64,000 bases of DNA from Eledone cirrhosa (Eukaryota): contig OZ024740.1 of the NCBI GenBank assembly GCA_964016885.1, positions 428,544,001 through 428,608,000 on the forward strand, written 5' to 3'. Below are positions 33,640 to 47,900 of the stretch, in pieces (the first letter of the stretch is position 1; each line of letters opens with the position of its first letter). Under the pieces are notes generated by a model that was not told the origin of the DNA, made no database searches, and was given only the letters and a program-made list of their open reading frames with translations. A program made the translations under genes and the position numbers.

Positions 33640-35925
33640 CTCGCTTAATCGTGCATGGTATGTAACATGTTTTAAACAATCATTATCTACAAACCACGAT
33701 TTACCAATTCTTCTGGTAACTTCTCCCTACTTAGGCTTATATCGTCTGAGAGTTGATTAATGAATGTTCAAGCAGGTCTTCCTCTACTGTGTCTGCCGTC
33801 AGTTGGCTCCCACAATAGTACCTTGTGTATATCTTCCTCTACTGTGTCTCCCTTGAGTTGGTTCCCACAATAGTACCTTGTGTATAACTTCCGCTACTGT
33901 GTCTCCCTTGAGTTGGTTCCCACAATAGTACCTTGTGTATAACTTCCGCTACTGTGTCTCCCTTGAGTTGGTTCCCACAATAGTACCTTGTGTATATCTT
34001 CCTCTACTGTGTCTCCCTTGAGTTGGTTCCCACAATAGTACCTTGTGTATAACTTCCCCTACTGTGTCTCCCTTGAGTTGGTTCCCACAATAGTACCTTG
34101 TGTATATCTTCCTCTACTGTGTCTCCCTTGAGTTGGTTCCCACAATAGTAGCTTGTGTATAACTTCCTGCTTACTTCTCCAGCAATGTCCTGTAAATTGT
34201 AGCAGTCTTTGAGCAATTGTAGTTGATATCTTGGACACGTTTTTCAATAAACTTTCATTTGTGATACATCGACGCCAGTTTATATTTTTTACAACTCTAA
34301 TTATTTTAGAGTATACACCTCTTGATTCTTCTCAAGTGTTTGTGTTGTGGTCCATGTACCTGATCCATACAACAACACTGGTTCAACAGATGTTCTGAAG
34401 AATGATATTTTGATTTTTTTCTGGATAGATCTGACTTCAATATCGTTTCCATTTTGTTCTTACAGCCCAAACTTACGAAATGTTAATGTTAATGACCTTT
34501 TCTCATGAATTCATCCAGCTGACCAAACATTGAAAATCATCAACTCGAGTTAGTATTCTGCCATCCAGGGGGACAAGATTTCCACCTTCTTGGCTTGGTG
34601 ACATGTACTCTCTCTTGGTAACATTTATTTGTAGACCATTTTCCTTGGCAAAGAATTCGACATTATGAAGAAGATCTTGGGCCTGATCGATGGTATTTGA
34701 TATTAGAGCTATGCCATCAGCAAACTCTACATCATATATAAGAGTTGGTGGGTTTCGGTTACTTGTCATTTGTGTCAATATGAAGCCAAGGTCTTGTTCG
34801 TTAACAAAGTCTTCCCTCATGGCATATTCCATAGTGATTATGAAAAGATATAGTGCCAATGTTTCACCTTAAAGGACACACTCTAGTATTTGAAAAACTT
34901 GGTATCACCATCAGGAAGGAGAACCTGAGCCTCTGCATTTGTAGCAGAAACTATATCATCAGGTATGCCATATACAACTAGGATTGACATAATCTTTCCG
35001 CTGTGGATGGAGTCAAAAGCATTTTTGAAGTCAACGAAATTTAGTAGAGCTTTCAAGTTCTTTAATCTGACGATAGTAGTCAGATCAGTGTCAATATTTA
35101 TCAGTCAGTCGATCTATTCTGTCTGAAACCATTTTCAGTTAATCGGACCTAGTTTAGTGGTATTCTGTTGTAGGTTTTAGCTGTAATTTGCTGCATATAA
35201 CAGGTCATCCTTCTTAGCTAGAAAGACTATACCCCATTTTCTCCAGAATTTTCAGTAAATCCCCCTTGAAGGTTTTTTAACAGATTTTAAGCAAGTTATC
35301 GTCCATGCATACTTTCCATATGTTTGCTGGTGGTATATTATCCTATCCTGTAACTTTGTTGTTTTGTGTCGACTTGATTGCATCTTTCAACTCTTGGATT
35401 GTAAAATCCCCCAAATCAACAGACAGTGGGTGAAATACCTTGTTAATATTTCCTTCAACTACCAAGGGAGATTGTCCAAGTAACTTAGCAAAATGTTCCT
35501 TCCTCAAATGTACTCTTTCCTCGAGACGTTTGGCTTTTATCTTACCTTAGTTGGATTTCTTTCTTCCAGTTATTTCGTTGATAATACTCCATACAAGCTT
35601 AGCTTTTCAGTTTAAGTGGGTATTATGCAATAGTGTTACATTCTCTCTAATGTAACTTTCTTGTTCTTTGATATAAGCATCATCTAGATTCCTTTTAGAT
35701 TCAACTATGAGCTGTTTGTTTCTTTCAGTAGAGTGAAGCATGTGTTGGAAATAAGTACTTTTTAATTCTTTCCTTTTCCTTACTACTTCTTGCTTTTCCC
35801 ATGAGACCTTTTTCTTTGCGTTTCAAAGATATGTGCATTCTGCAGCCTTTTAATGTGCTTCAATTATGTTTTCATACATTATGTTGGCAAAGATGTCTTG
35901 AGATTGGTCTCTGTTAATAATTTCA
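33640..35925 (-). mobile_element. Heavily decayed RTE-clade LINE
   Basis: Minus strand has FVDFKNAFDSIH, GETLALYLFII, VEFADGIAL (YADD equivalent), GLQINVTK and RLLQFTGHCWR..LLLWEPTQG..SRG. Confidence 0.85.
33780..34168. repeat. 55-bp tandem repeat (about 7 copies) derived from the RTE C-terminal coding region
   Basis: ACTGTGTCTC recurs at 33841, 33896, 33951, 34006, 34061 and 34116. The unit encodes VIHKxLLWEPTQGRHSRG on the - strand. Confidence 0.92.
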
Positions 35926-35929
35926 ACTA

Positions 35930-38900
35930 AAACAGACCAGTGGGGAAGACAGTCATTATCAGGCTACAGCTATCATATTACATAGTTTTTACAACAGGAC
36001 CAAAACAGTCACCAGATGGGGAAGACAGACATTATCAGGCTACAGCTGCCATATTATATAGTTTCTACAACAGACCACAACAGTCACCTAGTGGGGAAGA
36101 CAGACATTATCAGACTACAGCTGCCATATTATATAGTTTCTACAACAGACCACAACAGTCACGTAGTGGGGGAAGACAGACATTATCAGGCTACAGCTGT
36201 CATATTATATAGTTTCTACAACAGACCACAACAGTCACCAAATGGGGAAGACAGACATTATCAGGCTAGAGCTGACATATTATATAGTTTCTATAACAGA
36301 CCACGACAGTCACCAAATGAGGAAGACAGACATTATCAGGCTACAGCTGTCATATTATATAGTTTCTATAACAGACCACAACAGTCACCTAGTGGGGAAG
36401 ACAGACATTATCAGGCTACAGCTGTCATATTACATAGTTTCTACAACAGACCACAACAGTCACCTAGAGGGGAAGACAGACATTATCAGGCTACAGCTGC
36501 CATATTATATAGTTTCTACAACAGACCACAACAGTCACCTAATGGGGAAGACAGACATTATCAGGCTACAGCTGACATATTATATAGTTTCTACAACAGA
36601 CCACAACAGTCACCTAGTGGGGAAGACAGGCATTATCATGCTACAGCTGCCATATTATATAGTTTCTACAACAGACCACAAGTCACCAAATGGGGAAGAC
36701 AGACATTATCAGGCTAGAGCTGCCATATTATATAGTTTCTACAACAGACCACGACAGTCACCAAATGGGGAAGACAGATGTTATCAGGCTACAGCTGCCA
36801 TATTATATAGTTTCTACAACAGACCACAACAGTCACCTAATGGGGAAGACAGACATTACCAGGCTACAGCTGCAATATTATATAGTTTCTACAACAGACC
36901 ACAACAGTCACCAAATGGGGAAGACAGATGTTATCAGGCTACAGCTGCCATATTATATAGTTTCTATAACATACCAAAACAGTCACCAAGTGAGGAAGAC
37001 AGACATTATCAGGCTACAGCTGTCATATTATATAGTTTCTATAACAGACCACAACAGTCACCTAGTGGGGGAAGACAGACATTATCAGGCTACAGCTGTC
37101 ATATTACATAGTTTCTACAACAGACCACCACAGTCACCTAGTGGGGAAGAAAGACATTATCAGGCTACAGCTGACATATTATATAGTTTCTATAACAGAC
37201 CACGACAGTCACCAAATGAGGAAGACAGACATTATCAGGCTACAGCTGTCATAATATATAGTTTCTATAACAGACCACAACAGTCACCTAGTGGGGAAGA
37301 CAGACATTATCAGGCTACAGCTGTCATATTACATAGTTTCTACAACAGACCACAACAGTCACCTAGTGGGGAAGACAGACATTATCAGGCTACAGCTGTC
37401 ATATTATATAGTTTCTATAACAGACCACAACAGTCACCTAATGGGGAAGACAGACATTATCAGGCTACAGCTGTCATATTATATAGTTTCTACAACAGAC
37501 CACAACAGGCACCTAGTGGGGAAGACAGACATTATCAGGCTACAGCTGCCATATTATATAGTTGCTACAACAGACCACAACAGGCACCTAGTGGGGAAGA
37601 CAGACATTATCAGGCTACAGCTGTCATATTATATAGTTTCTACAACAGACCACAACAGTCACCAAATGGGGAAGACAGACATTATCAGGCTACAGTTGTC
37701 ATATTATATAGTTTCTATAACAGACCAAAACAGTCACCAAGTGAGGAAGACAGATATTATCAGGCTACAGCTGTCATATTATATAGTTTCTATAACAGAC
37801 CACAACAGTCACCTAGTGGGGAAGACAGACATTATCAGGCTACAGCTGTCATATTACATAGTTTCTACAACAGACCACAACAGTCACCTAGTGGGGAAGA
37901 CAGACATTATCAGGCTAGAGCTGCCATATTATATAGTTTCTACAACAGGCCACAAGTCACCAAATGGGGAAGACAGACATTATCAGGCTACAGCTGCCAT
38001 ATTATATAGCTTCTACAACAGACGACAACAGTCACCTAATGGGGAAGACAGACATTATCAGGCTACAGCTGCCATATTATATAGTTTCTACAACAGACCA
38101 CAAGTCACCAAATGGGGAAGACAGACATTATCAGGCTACAGCTGCCATATTATATAGCTTCTACAACAGACCACAACAGTCACCTAGTGGGGAAGAAAGA
38201 CATTATCAGGCTACAGCCGCCATATTATATAGTTTCTACAACAGACCACAACAGTCACCAAATGGGGAAGACCGATGTTATCAGGCTACAGCTGCCATAT
38301 TATATAGTTTCTACAACAGACTACAACAGTTACCAAATGGGGAAGACAGACATTATCAGGCTACAGCTGCAATATTATATAGTTTCTACAACAGACCACA
38401 ACGGTCACCAAATGGGTAAGACAGACATTATAAGGCTACAGCTACCATATTATATAGTTTCTACAACAGACCACAGCAGTCAACTAGCGGGGAAGACTGA
38501 CATTATCAGGCTACAGCTGTCATATTATATAGTTTCTACAACAGACCAAAACAGTCACCAAATGGGTAAGTCAGACATTATCAGGCTACAGCTGCCATAT
38601 TATATAGTTTCTACAACAGACCACAACAGTCACCTAGTGGGGAAGACTGACATTATCAGGCTACAGCTGTCATATTATATAGTTTCTACAACAGACCACA
38701 ACAGTCACCTAATGGGGAAGACAGACATTATCTGGCTACAGCTGTCATATTATATAGTTTCTACAACAGACCACAACAGTCACCAAATGGGTAAGACAGA
38801 CACTATCAGGCTACAGCTGCCATATCATATAGTTTCTACAACAGACCACAACAGTCACCTAGTGGGGAAGACTGACATTATCAAGCTACAGCTGTCATAT

Positions 38901-41900
38901 TATATAGTTTCTACAACAGACCACAACAGTCACCTAGTGGGGAAGACAGACATTATCAGGCTACAGCTGCCATATTATATAGTTTCTACAACAGACCACA
39001 ATAGTCACCAAATGGGGAAGACAGACATTACCAGGCTATAGCTGCCATATTATATAGTTTCTACAACAGACCACAACAGTCACTAAATGGGGAAGACAGA
39101 TGTTATCATGCTACAGCTGCCATATTATTTAGTTTCTACAACAGACTACAACAGTTACCAAATGGGGAAGACAGACATTATCAGGCTACAGCTGCCATAT
39201 TATATAGTTTCTATAACAGACCACAACAGTCACCTAATGGGGAAGACAGACATTATCAGGCTACAGCTGCCATATTATATAGTTTCTACAACAGACCACA
39301 ACAATCACCTAGTGGGGAAGACAGACATTATCAGGCTACAGCTATCATATTACATAGTTTCTACAACAGACCACAACAGTCACCTAGTGGGGAAGACAGA
39401 CATTATCAGACTACAGCTGCCATATTATATAGTTTCTACAACAGACCACAACAGTCACCTAGTGGGGAAGACAGACATTATCAGACTACAGCTGCCATAT
39501 TATATAGTTTCTACAACAGACCACAACAGTCACCTAGTGGGGGAAGACAGACATTATCAGGCTACAGCTGTCATATTATATAGTTTCTACAACAGACCAC
39601 AACAGTCACCAAATGGGGAAGACAGACATTATCAGGCTAGAGCTGACATATTATATAGTTTCTATAACAGACCACGACAGTCACCAAATGAGGAAGACAG
39701 ACATTATCAGGCTACAGCTGTCATATTATATAGTTTCTATAACAGACCACAACAGTCACCTAGTGGGGAAGACAGACATTATCAGGCTACAGCTGTCATA
39801 TTACATAGTTTCTACAACAGACCACAACAGTCACCTAGTGGGGAAGACAGACATTATCAGGCTACAGCTGCCATATTATATAGTTTCTACAACAGACCAC
39901 AACAGTCACTTAATGGGGAAGACAGACATTATCAGGCTACAGCTGCCATATTATATAGTTTCTACAACAGACCACAACAGTCACCTAGTGGGGAAGACAG
40001 ACATTATCAGGCTAGAGCTGCCATATTATATAGTTTCTACAACAGACCACGACAGTCACCAAATGGGGAAGACAGATGTTATCAGGCTACAGCTGCATAT
40101 TATATAGTTTCTACAACAGACCACAACAGTCACCTAATGGGGAAGACAGACATTATCAGGCTATAGCTGCCATATTATATAGTTTCTACAACAGACCACC
40201 ACAGTCACCTAGTGGGGAAGAAAGACATTATCAGGCTACAGCTGACATATTATATAGTTTCTATAACAGACCACGACAGTCACCAAATGAGGAAGACAGA
40301 CATTATCAGGCTACAGCTGTCATAATATATAGTTTCTATAACAGACCACAACAGTCACCTAGTGGGGAAGACAGACATTATCAGGCTACAGCTGTCATAT
40401 TACATAGTTTCTACAACAGACCACAACAGTCACCTAGTGGGGAAGACAGACATTATCAGGCTACAGCTGTCATATTATATAGTTTCTATAACAGACCACA
40501 ACAGTCACCTAATGGGGAAGACAGACATTATCAGGCTACAGCTGTCATATTATATAGTTTCTACAACAGACCACAACAGGCACCTAGTGGGGAAGACAGA
40601 CATTATCAGGCTACAGCTGCCATATTATATAGTTTCTACAACAGAGCACAACAGGCACCTAGTGGGGAAGACAGACATTATCAGGCTACAGCTGTCATAT
40701 TATATAGTTTCTACAACAGACCACAACAGTCACCAAATGGGGAAGACAGACATTATCAGGCTACAGTTGTCATATTATATAGTTTCTATAACAGACCAAA
40801 ACAGTCACCAAGTGAGGAAGACAGATATTATCAGGCTACAGCTGTCATATTATATAGTTTCTATAACAGACCACAACAGTCACCTAGTGGGGAAGACAGA
40901 CATTATCAGGCTACAGCTGTCATATTACATAGTTTCTACAACAGACCACAACAGTCACCTAGTGGGGAAGACAGACATTATCAGGCTAGAGCTGCCATAT
41001 TATATAGTTTCTACAACAGGCCACAAGTCACCAAATGGGGAAGACAGACATTATCAGGCTACAGCTGCCATATTATATAGCTTCTACAACAGACGACAAC
41101 AGTCACCTAATGGGGAAGACAGACATTATCAGGCTACAGCTGCCATATTATATAGTTTCTACAACAGACCACAAGTCACCAAATGGGGAAGACAGACATT
41201 ATCAGGCTACAGCTGCCATATTATATAGCTTCTACAACAGACCACAACAGTCACCTAGTGGGGAAGAAAGACATTATCAGGCTACAGCCGCCATATTATA
41301 TAGTTTCTACAACAGACCACAACAGTCACCAAATGGGGAAGACCGATGTTATCAGGCTACAGCTGCCATATTATATAGTTTCTACAACAGACTACAACAG
41401 TTACCAAATGGGGAAGACAGACATTATCAGGCTACAGCTGCAATATTATATAGTTTCTACAACAGACCACAACGGTCACCAAATGGGTAAGACAGACATT
41501 ATAAGGCTACAGCTACCATATTATATAGTTTCTACAACAGACCACAGCAGTCAACTAGCGGGGAAGACTGACATTATCAGGCTACAGCTGTCATATTATA
41601 TAGTTTCTACAACAGACCAAAACAGTCACCAAATGGGTAAGTCAGACATTATCAGGCTACAGCTGCCATATTATATAGTTTCTACAACAGACCACAACAG
41701 TCACCTAGTGGGGAAGACTGACATTATCAGGCTACAGCTGTCATATTATATAGTTTCTACAACAGACCACAACAGTCACCTAATGGGGAAGACAGACATT
41801 ATCTGGCTACAGCTGTCATATTATATAGTTTCTACAACAGACCACAACAGTCACCAAATGGGTAAGACAGACACTATCAGGCTACAGCTGCCATATCATA

Positions 41901-44900
41901 TAGTTTCTACAACAGACCACAACAGTCACCTAGTGGGGAAGACTGACATTATCAAGCTACAGCTGTCATATTATATAGTTTCTACAACAGACCACAACAG
42001 TCACCTAGTGGGGAAGACAGACATTATCAGGCTAGAGCTGCCATATTATATAGTTTCTACAACAGGCCACAAGTCACCAAATGGGGAAGACAGACATTAT
42101 CAGGCTACAGCTGCCATATTATATAGCTTCTACAACAGACGACAACAGTCACCTAATGGGGAAGACAGACATTATCAGGCTACAGCTGCCATATTATATA
42201 GTTTCTACAACAGACCACAAGTCACCAAATGGGGAAGACAGACATTATCAGGCTACAGCTGCCATATTATATAGCTTCTACAACAGACCACAACAGTCAC
42301 CTAGTGGGGAAGAAAGACATTATCAGGCTACAGCCGCCATATTATATAGTTTCTACAACAGACCACAACAGTCACCAAATGGGGAAGACCGATGTTATCA
42401 GGCTACAGCTGCCATATTATATAGTTTCTACAACAGACTACAACAGTTACCAAATGGGGAAGACAGACATTATCAGGCTACAGCTGCAATATTATATAGT
42501 TTCTACAACAGACCACAACGGTCACCAAATGGGTAAGACAGACATTATAAGGCTACAGCTACCATATTATATAGTTTCTACAACAGACCACAGCAGTCAA
42601 CTAGCGGGGAAGACTGACATTATCAGGCTACAGCTGTCATATTATATAGTTTCTACAACAGACCAAAACAGTCACCAAATGGGTAAGTCAGACATTATCA
42701 GGCTACAGCTGCCATATTATATAGTTTCTACAACAGACCACAACAGTCACCTAGTGGGGAAGACTGACATTATCAAGCTACAGCTGTCATATTATATAGT
42801 TTCTACAACAGACCACAACAGTCACCTAGTGGGGAAGACAGACATTATCAGGCTACAGCTGCCATATTATATAGTTTCTACAACAGACCACAATAGTCAC
42901 CAAATGGGGAAGACAGACATTACCAGGCTATAGCTGCCATATTATATAGTTTCTACAACAGACCACAACAGTCACTAAATGGGGAAGACAGATGTTATCA
43001 TGCTACAGCTGCCATATTATTTAGTTTCTACAACAGACTACAACAGTTACCAAATGGGGAAGACAGACATTATCAGGCTACAGCTGCCATATTATATAGT
43101 TTCTATAACAGACCACAACAGTCACCTAATGGGGAAGACAGACATTATCAGGCTACAGCTGCCATATTATATAGTTTCTACAACAGACCACAACAATCAC
43201 CTAGTGGGGAAGACAGACATTATCAGGCTACAGCTATCATATTATATAGTTTCTACAACAGACCACGACAGTCACCTAGTGGGGAAGACAGACATTATCA
43301 GGCTACAGCTGCCATATTATATAGTTTCTACAACAGACCACAACAGTCACCTAGTGGGGAAGACAGACATTATCAGACTACAGCTGCCATATTATATAGT
43401 TTCTACAACAGACCACAACAGTCACCTAGTGGGGGAAGACAGACATTATCAGGCTACAGCTGTCATATTATATAGTTTCTACAACAGACCACAACAGTCA
43501 CCAAATGGGGAAGACAGACATTATCAGGCTAGAGCTGACATATTATATAGTTTCTATAACAGACCACGACAGTCACCAAATGAGGAAGACAGACATTATC
43601 AGGCTACAGCTGTCATATTATATAGTTTCTATAACAGACCACAACAGTCACCTAGTGGGGAAGACAGACATTATCAGGCTACAGCTGTCATATTACATAG
43701 TTTCTACAACAGACCACAACAGTCACCTAGTGGGGAAGACAGACATAATCAGGCTACAGCTGCCATATTATATAGTTTCTACAACAGACCACAACAGTCA
43801 CTTAATGGGGAAGACAGACATTATCAGGCTACAGCTGCCATATTATATAGTTTCTACAACAGACCACAACAGTCACCTAGTGGGGAAGACAGACATTATC
43901 ATGCTACAGCTGCCATATTATATAGTTTCTACAACAGACCACAAGTCACCAAATGGGGAAGACAGACATTATCAGGCTAGAGCTGCCATATTATATAGTT
44001 TCTACAACAGACCACGACAGTCACCAAATGGGGAAGACAGATGTTATCAGGCTACAGCTGCATATTATATAGTTTCTACAACAGACCACAACAGTCACCT
44101 AATGGGGAAGACAGACATTATCAGGCTATAGCTGCCATATTATATAGTTTCTACAACAGACCACAAGTCACCAAATGGGGAAGACAGACATTATCAGGCT
44201 ACAGCTGCCATATTATATAGTTTCTACAACAGACAACAGCAGTCACCAAATGGGGAAGACAGACATTACCAGGCTACAGCTGCCATATTATATAGTTTCT
44301 ACAACAGACCACAACAGTCACCAAATGGGGAAGACAGATGTTATCAGGCTACAGCTGCCATATTATATAGTTTCTACAACAGACTACAACAGTTACCAAA
44401 TGGGGAAGACAGACAATATCAGGCTACAGCTGTCATATTATATAGTTTTTATAACAGACCAAAACAGTCACCAAGTGAGGAAGACAGACATTATCAGGCT
44501 ACAGCTGTCATATTATATAGTTTCTATAACAGACCACAACAGTCACCTAGTGGGGGAAGACAGACATTATCAGGCTACAGCTGTCATATTACATAGTTTC
44601 TACAACAGACCACAACAGTCACCTAGTGGGGAAGAAAGACATTATCAGGCTACAGCTGACATATTATATAGTTTCTATAACAGACCACGACAGTCACCAA
44701 ATGAGGAAGACAGACATTATCAGGCTACAGCTGTCATAATATATAGTTTCTATAACAGACCACAACAGTCACCTAGTGGGGAAGACAGACATTATCAGGC
44801 TACAGCTGTCATATTAGATAGTTTCTACAACAGACCACAACAGTCACCTAGTGGGGAAGACAGACATTATCAGGCTACAGCTGTCATATTATATAGTTTC

Positions 44901-47900
44901 TATAACAGACCACAACAGTCACCTAGTGGGGAAGACAGACATTATCAGGCTACAGCTGTCATATTATATAGTTTCTACAACAGACCACAACAGGCACCTA
45001 GTGGGGAAGACAGACATTATCAGGCTACAGCTGCCATATTATATAGTTTCTACAACAGACCACAACAGGCACCTAGTGGGGAAGACAGACATTATCAGGC
45101 TACAGCTGTCATATTATATAGTTTCTACAACAGACCACAACAGGCTCCTAGTGGGGAAGACAGACATTATCAGGCTACAGTTGTCATATTATATAGTTTC
45201 TACAACAGACCACAACAGTCACCAATTGGGGAAGACAGACATTATCAGGCTACAGCTGTCGTATTATATAGTTTCTATAACAGACCAAAACGGTCACCAA
45301 GTGAGGAAGACAGATATTATCAGGCTACAGCTGTCATATTATATAGTTTCTATAACAGACCACAACAGTCACCTAGTGGGGAAGACAGACATTATCAGGC
45401 TACAGCTGCAATATTATATAGTTTCTACAACAGACCACAACAGTCACCAAATGGGTAAGACAGACATTATCAGGCTACAGCTACCATATTATATAGTTTC
45501 TACAACAGACCACAACAGTCAACTAGCGGGGAAGACTGACATTATCAGGCTACAGCTGTCATATTATATAGTTTCTACAACAGACCAAAACAGTCACCAA
45601 ATGGGTAAGTCAGACATTATCAGGCTACAGCTGCCATATTATATAGTTTCTACAAAAGACCACAACAGTCACCTAGTGGGGAAGACTGACATTATCAGGC
45701 TACAGCTGTCATATTATATAGTTTCTACAACAGACCACGACAGTCACCTAGTGGGGAAGACAGACATTATCAGACTACAGCTGTCATATTATATAGTTTC
45801 TACAACAGACCACAACAGTCACCTAGTGGGGAAGACAGACATTATCAGGCTACAGCTGTCATATTATATAGTTTCTACAACAGACCACAACAGTCACCAA
45901 ATGGGCAAGAAAGACATTATCAGACTACAGCTGCCATATTATATAGTTTCTACAACAGACCACAACAGTCACCTAGTGGGGGAAGACAGACATTATCAGG
46001 CTACAGTTGTCATATTATATAGTTTCTACAACAGACCACAACAGTCACCAAATGGGGAAGACAGACATTATCAGGCTAGAGCTGACATATTATATAGTTT
46101 CTATAACAGACCACGACAGTCACCAAATGAGGAAGACAGACATTATCAGGCTACAGCTGTCATATTATATAGTTTCTATAACAGACCACAACAGTCACCT
46201 AGTTGGGAAGACATACATTATCAGGCTACAGCTGTCATATTACATAGTTTCTACAACAGACCACAACAGTCACCTAGTGGGGAAGACAGACATTATCAGG
46301 CTACAGCTGCCATATTATATAGTTTCTACAACAGACCACAACAGTCACCTAATGGGGAAGACAGACATTATCATGCTACAGCTGCCATATTATATAGTTT
46401 CTACAACAGACCACAAGTCACCTAATGGGGAAGACAGACATTATCAGGCTACAGCTGTCATATTATATAGTTTCTACAACAGACTACAACAGTCACCTAG
46501 TGGGGAAGACAGACATTATCAGGCTACAGCTGCCATATTATATAGTTTCTACAACAGACCACAACAGTCACCTAGTGGGGAAGAAAGACATTATCAGGCT
46601 ACAGCTGTCATATTATATAGTTTCTACAACAGACCACAATGGTCACCAAATGGGGAAGACAGACATTACCAGGCTATAGCTGCCATATTATATAGTTTCT
46701 ACAACAGACCACAGCAGTCACCAAATGGGGAAGGCATATGTTATCAGGCTACAGCTGCCATATTATTTAGTTTCTACAACAGACTACAACAGTTACCAAA
46801 TGGGGAAGACAGACATTATCAGGCTACAGCTGCCATATTATATAGTTTCTATAACAGACCACAACAGTCACCTAATGGGGAAGACAGACATTATCAGGCT
46901 ACAGCTGCCATATTATATAGTTTCTACAACAGACCACAACAATCACCTAGTGGGGAAGACAGACATTATCAGGCTACAGCTGTCATATTATATAGTTTCT
47001 ACAACAGACCACAACAGTCACCTAGTGGGGAAGACAGACATTATCAGAGTACAGCTGCCATATTATATAGTTTCTACAACAGACCACAACAGTCACCTAG
47101 TGGGAAAGACAGATATTATCAGACTACAGCTGCCATATTATATAGTTTTTACAACAGACCACAACAGTCACCTAGTGGGGGAAGACAGACGTTATCAGGC
47201 TACAGCTGTAATATTATATAGTTTCTACAACAGACCACAACAGTCACCAAATGGGGAAGACAGACATTATCAGGCTAGAGCTGACATATTATATAGTTTC
47301 TATAATAGACTACGACAGTCACCAAATGAGGAAGACAGACATTATCAGGCTACAGCTGTCATATTATATAGTTTCTATAACAGACCACAACAGTCACCTA
47401 GTGGGGAAGACAGACATTATCAGGCTACAGCTGTCATATTACATAGTTTCTATAACAGACCACAACAGTCACCTAGTGTCGAAGACAGACATTATCAGGC
47501 TACAGCTGCAATATTATATAGTTTCTACAACAGACCACAACAGTCACCTAATGTGGAAGACAGACATTATTAGGCTACAGCTGCCATATTATATAGTTTC
47601 TTCAACAGACCACAACAGTCACCTAGTGGGGAAGACAGACATTATCATGCTACAGCTGCCATATTATATAGTTTCTACAACAGACCACAAGTCACCAAAT
47701 GGGGAAGACAGACATTATCAGGCTAGAGCTGCCATATTATATAGTTTCTACAACAGACCACGACAGTCACCAAATGGGGAAGACAGATGTTATCAGGCTA
47801 CAGCTGCAATATTATATAGTTTCTCCAACAGACGACAACAGTCACCTACTGGGGAAGAAAGACATTATCAGGCTACAGCTGCCATATTATATAGTTTCTA

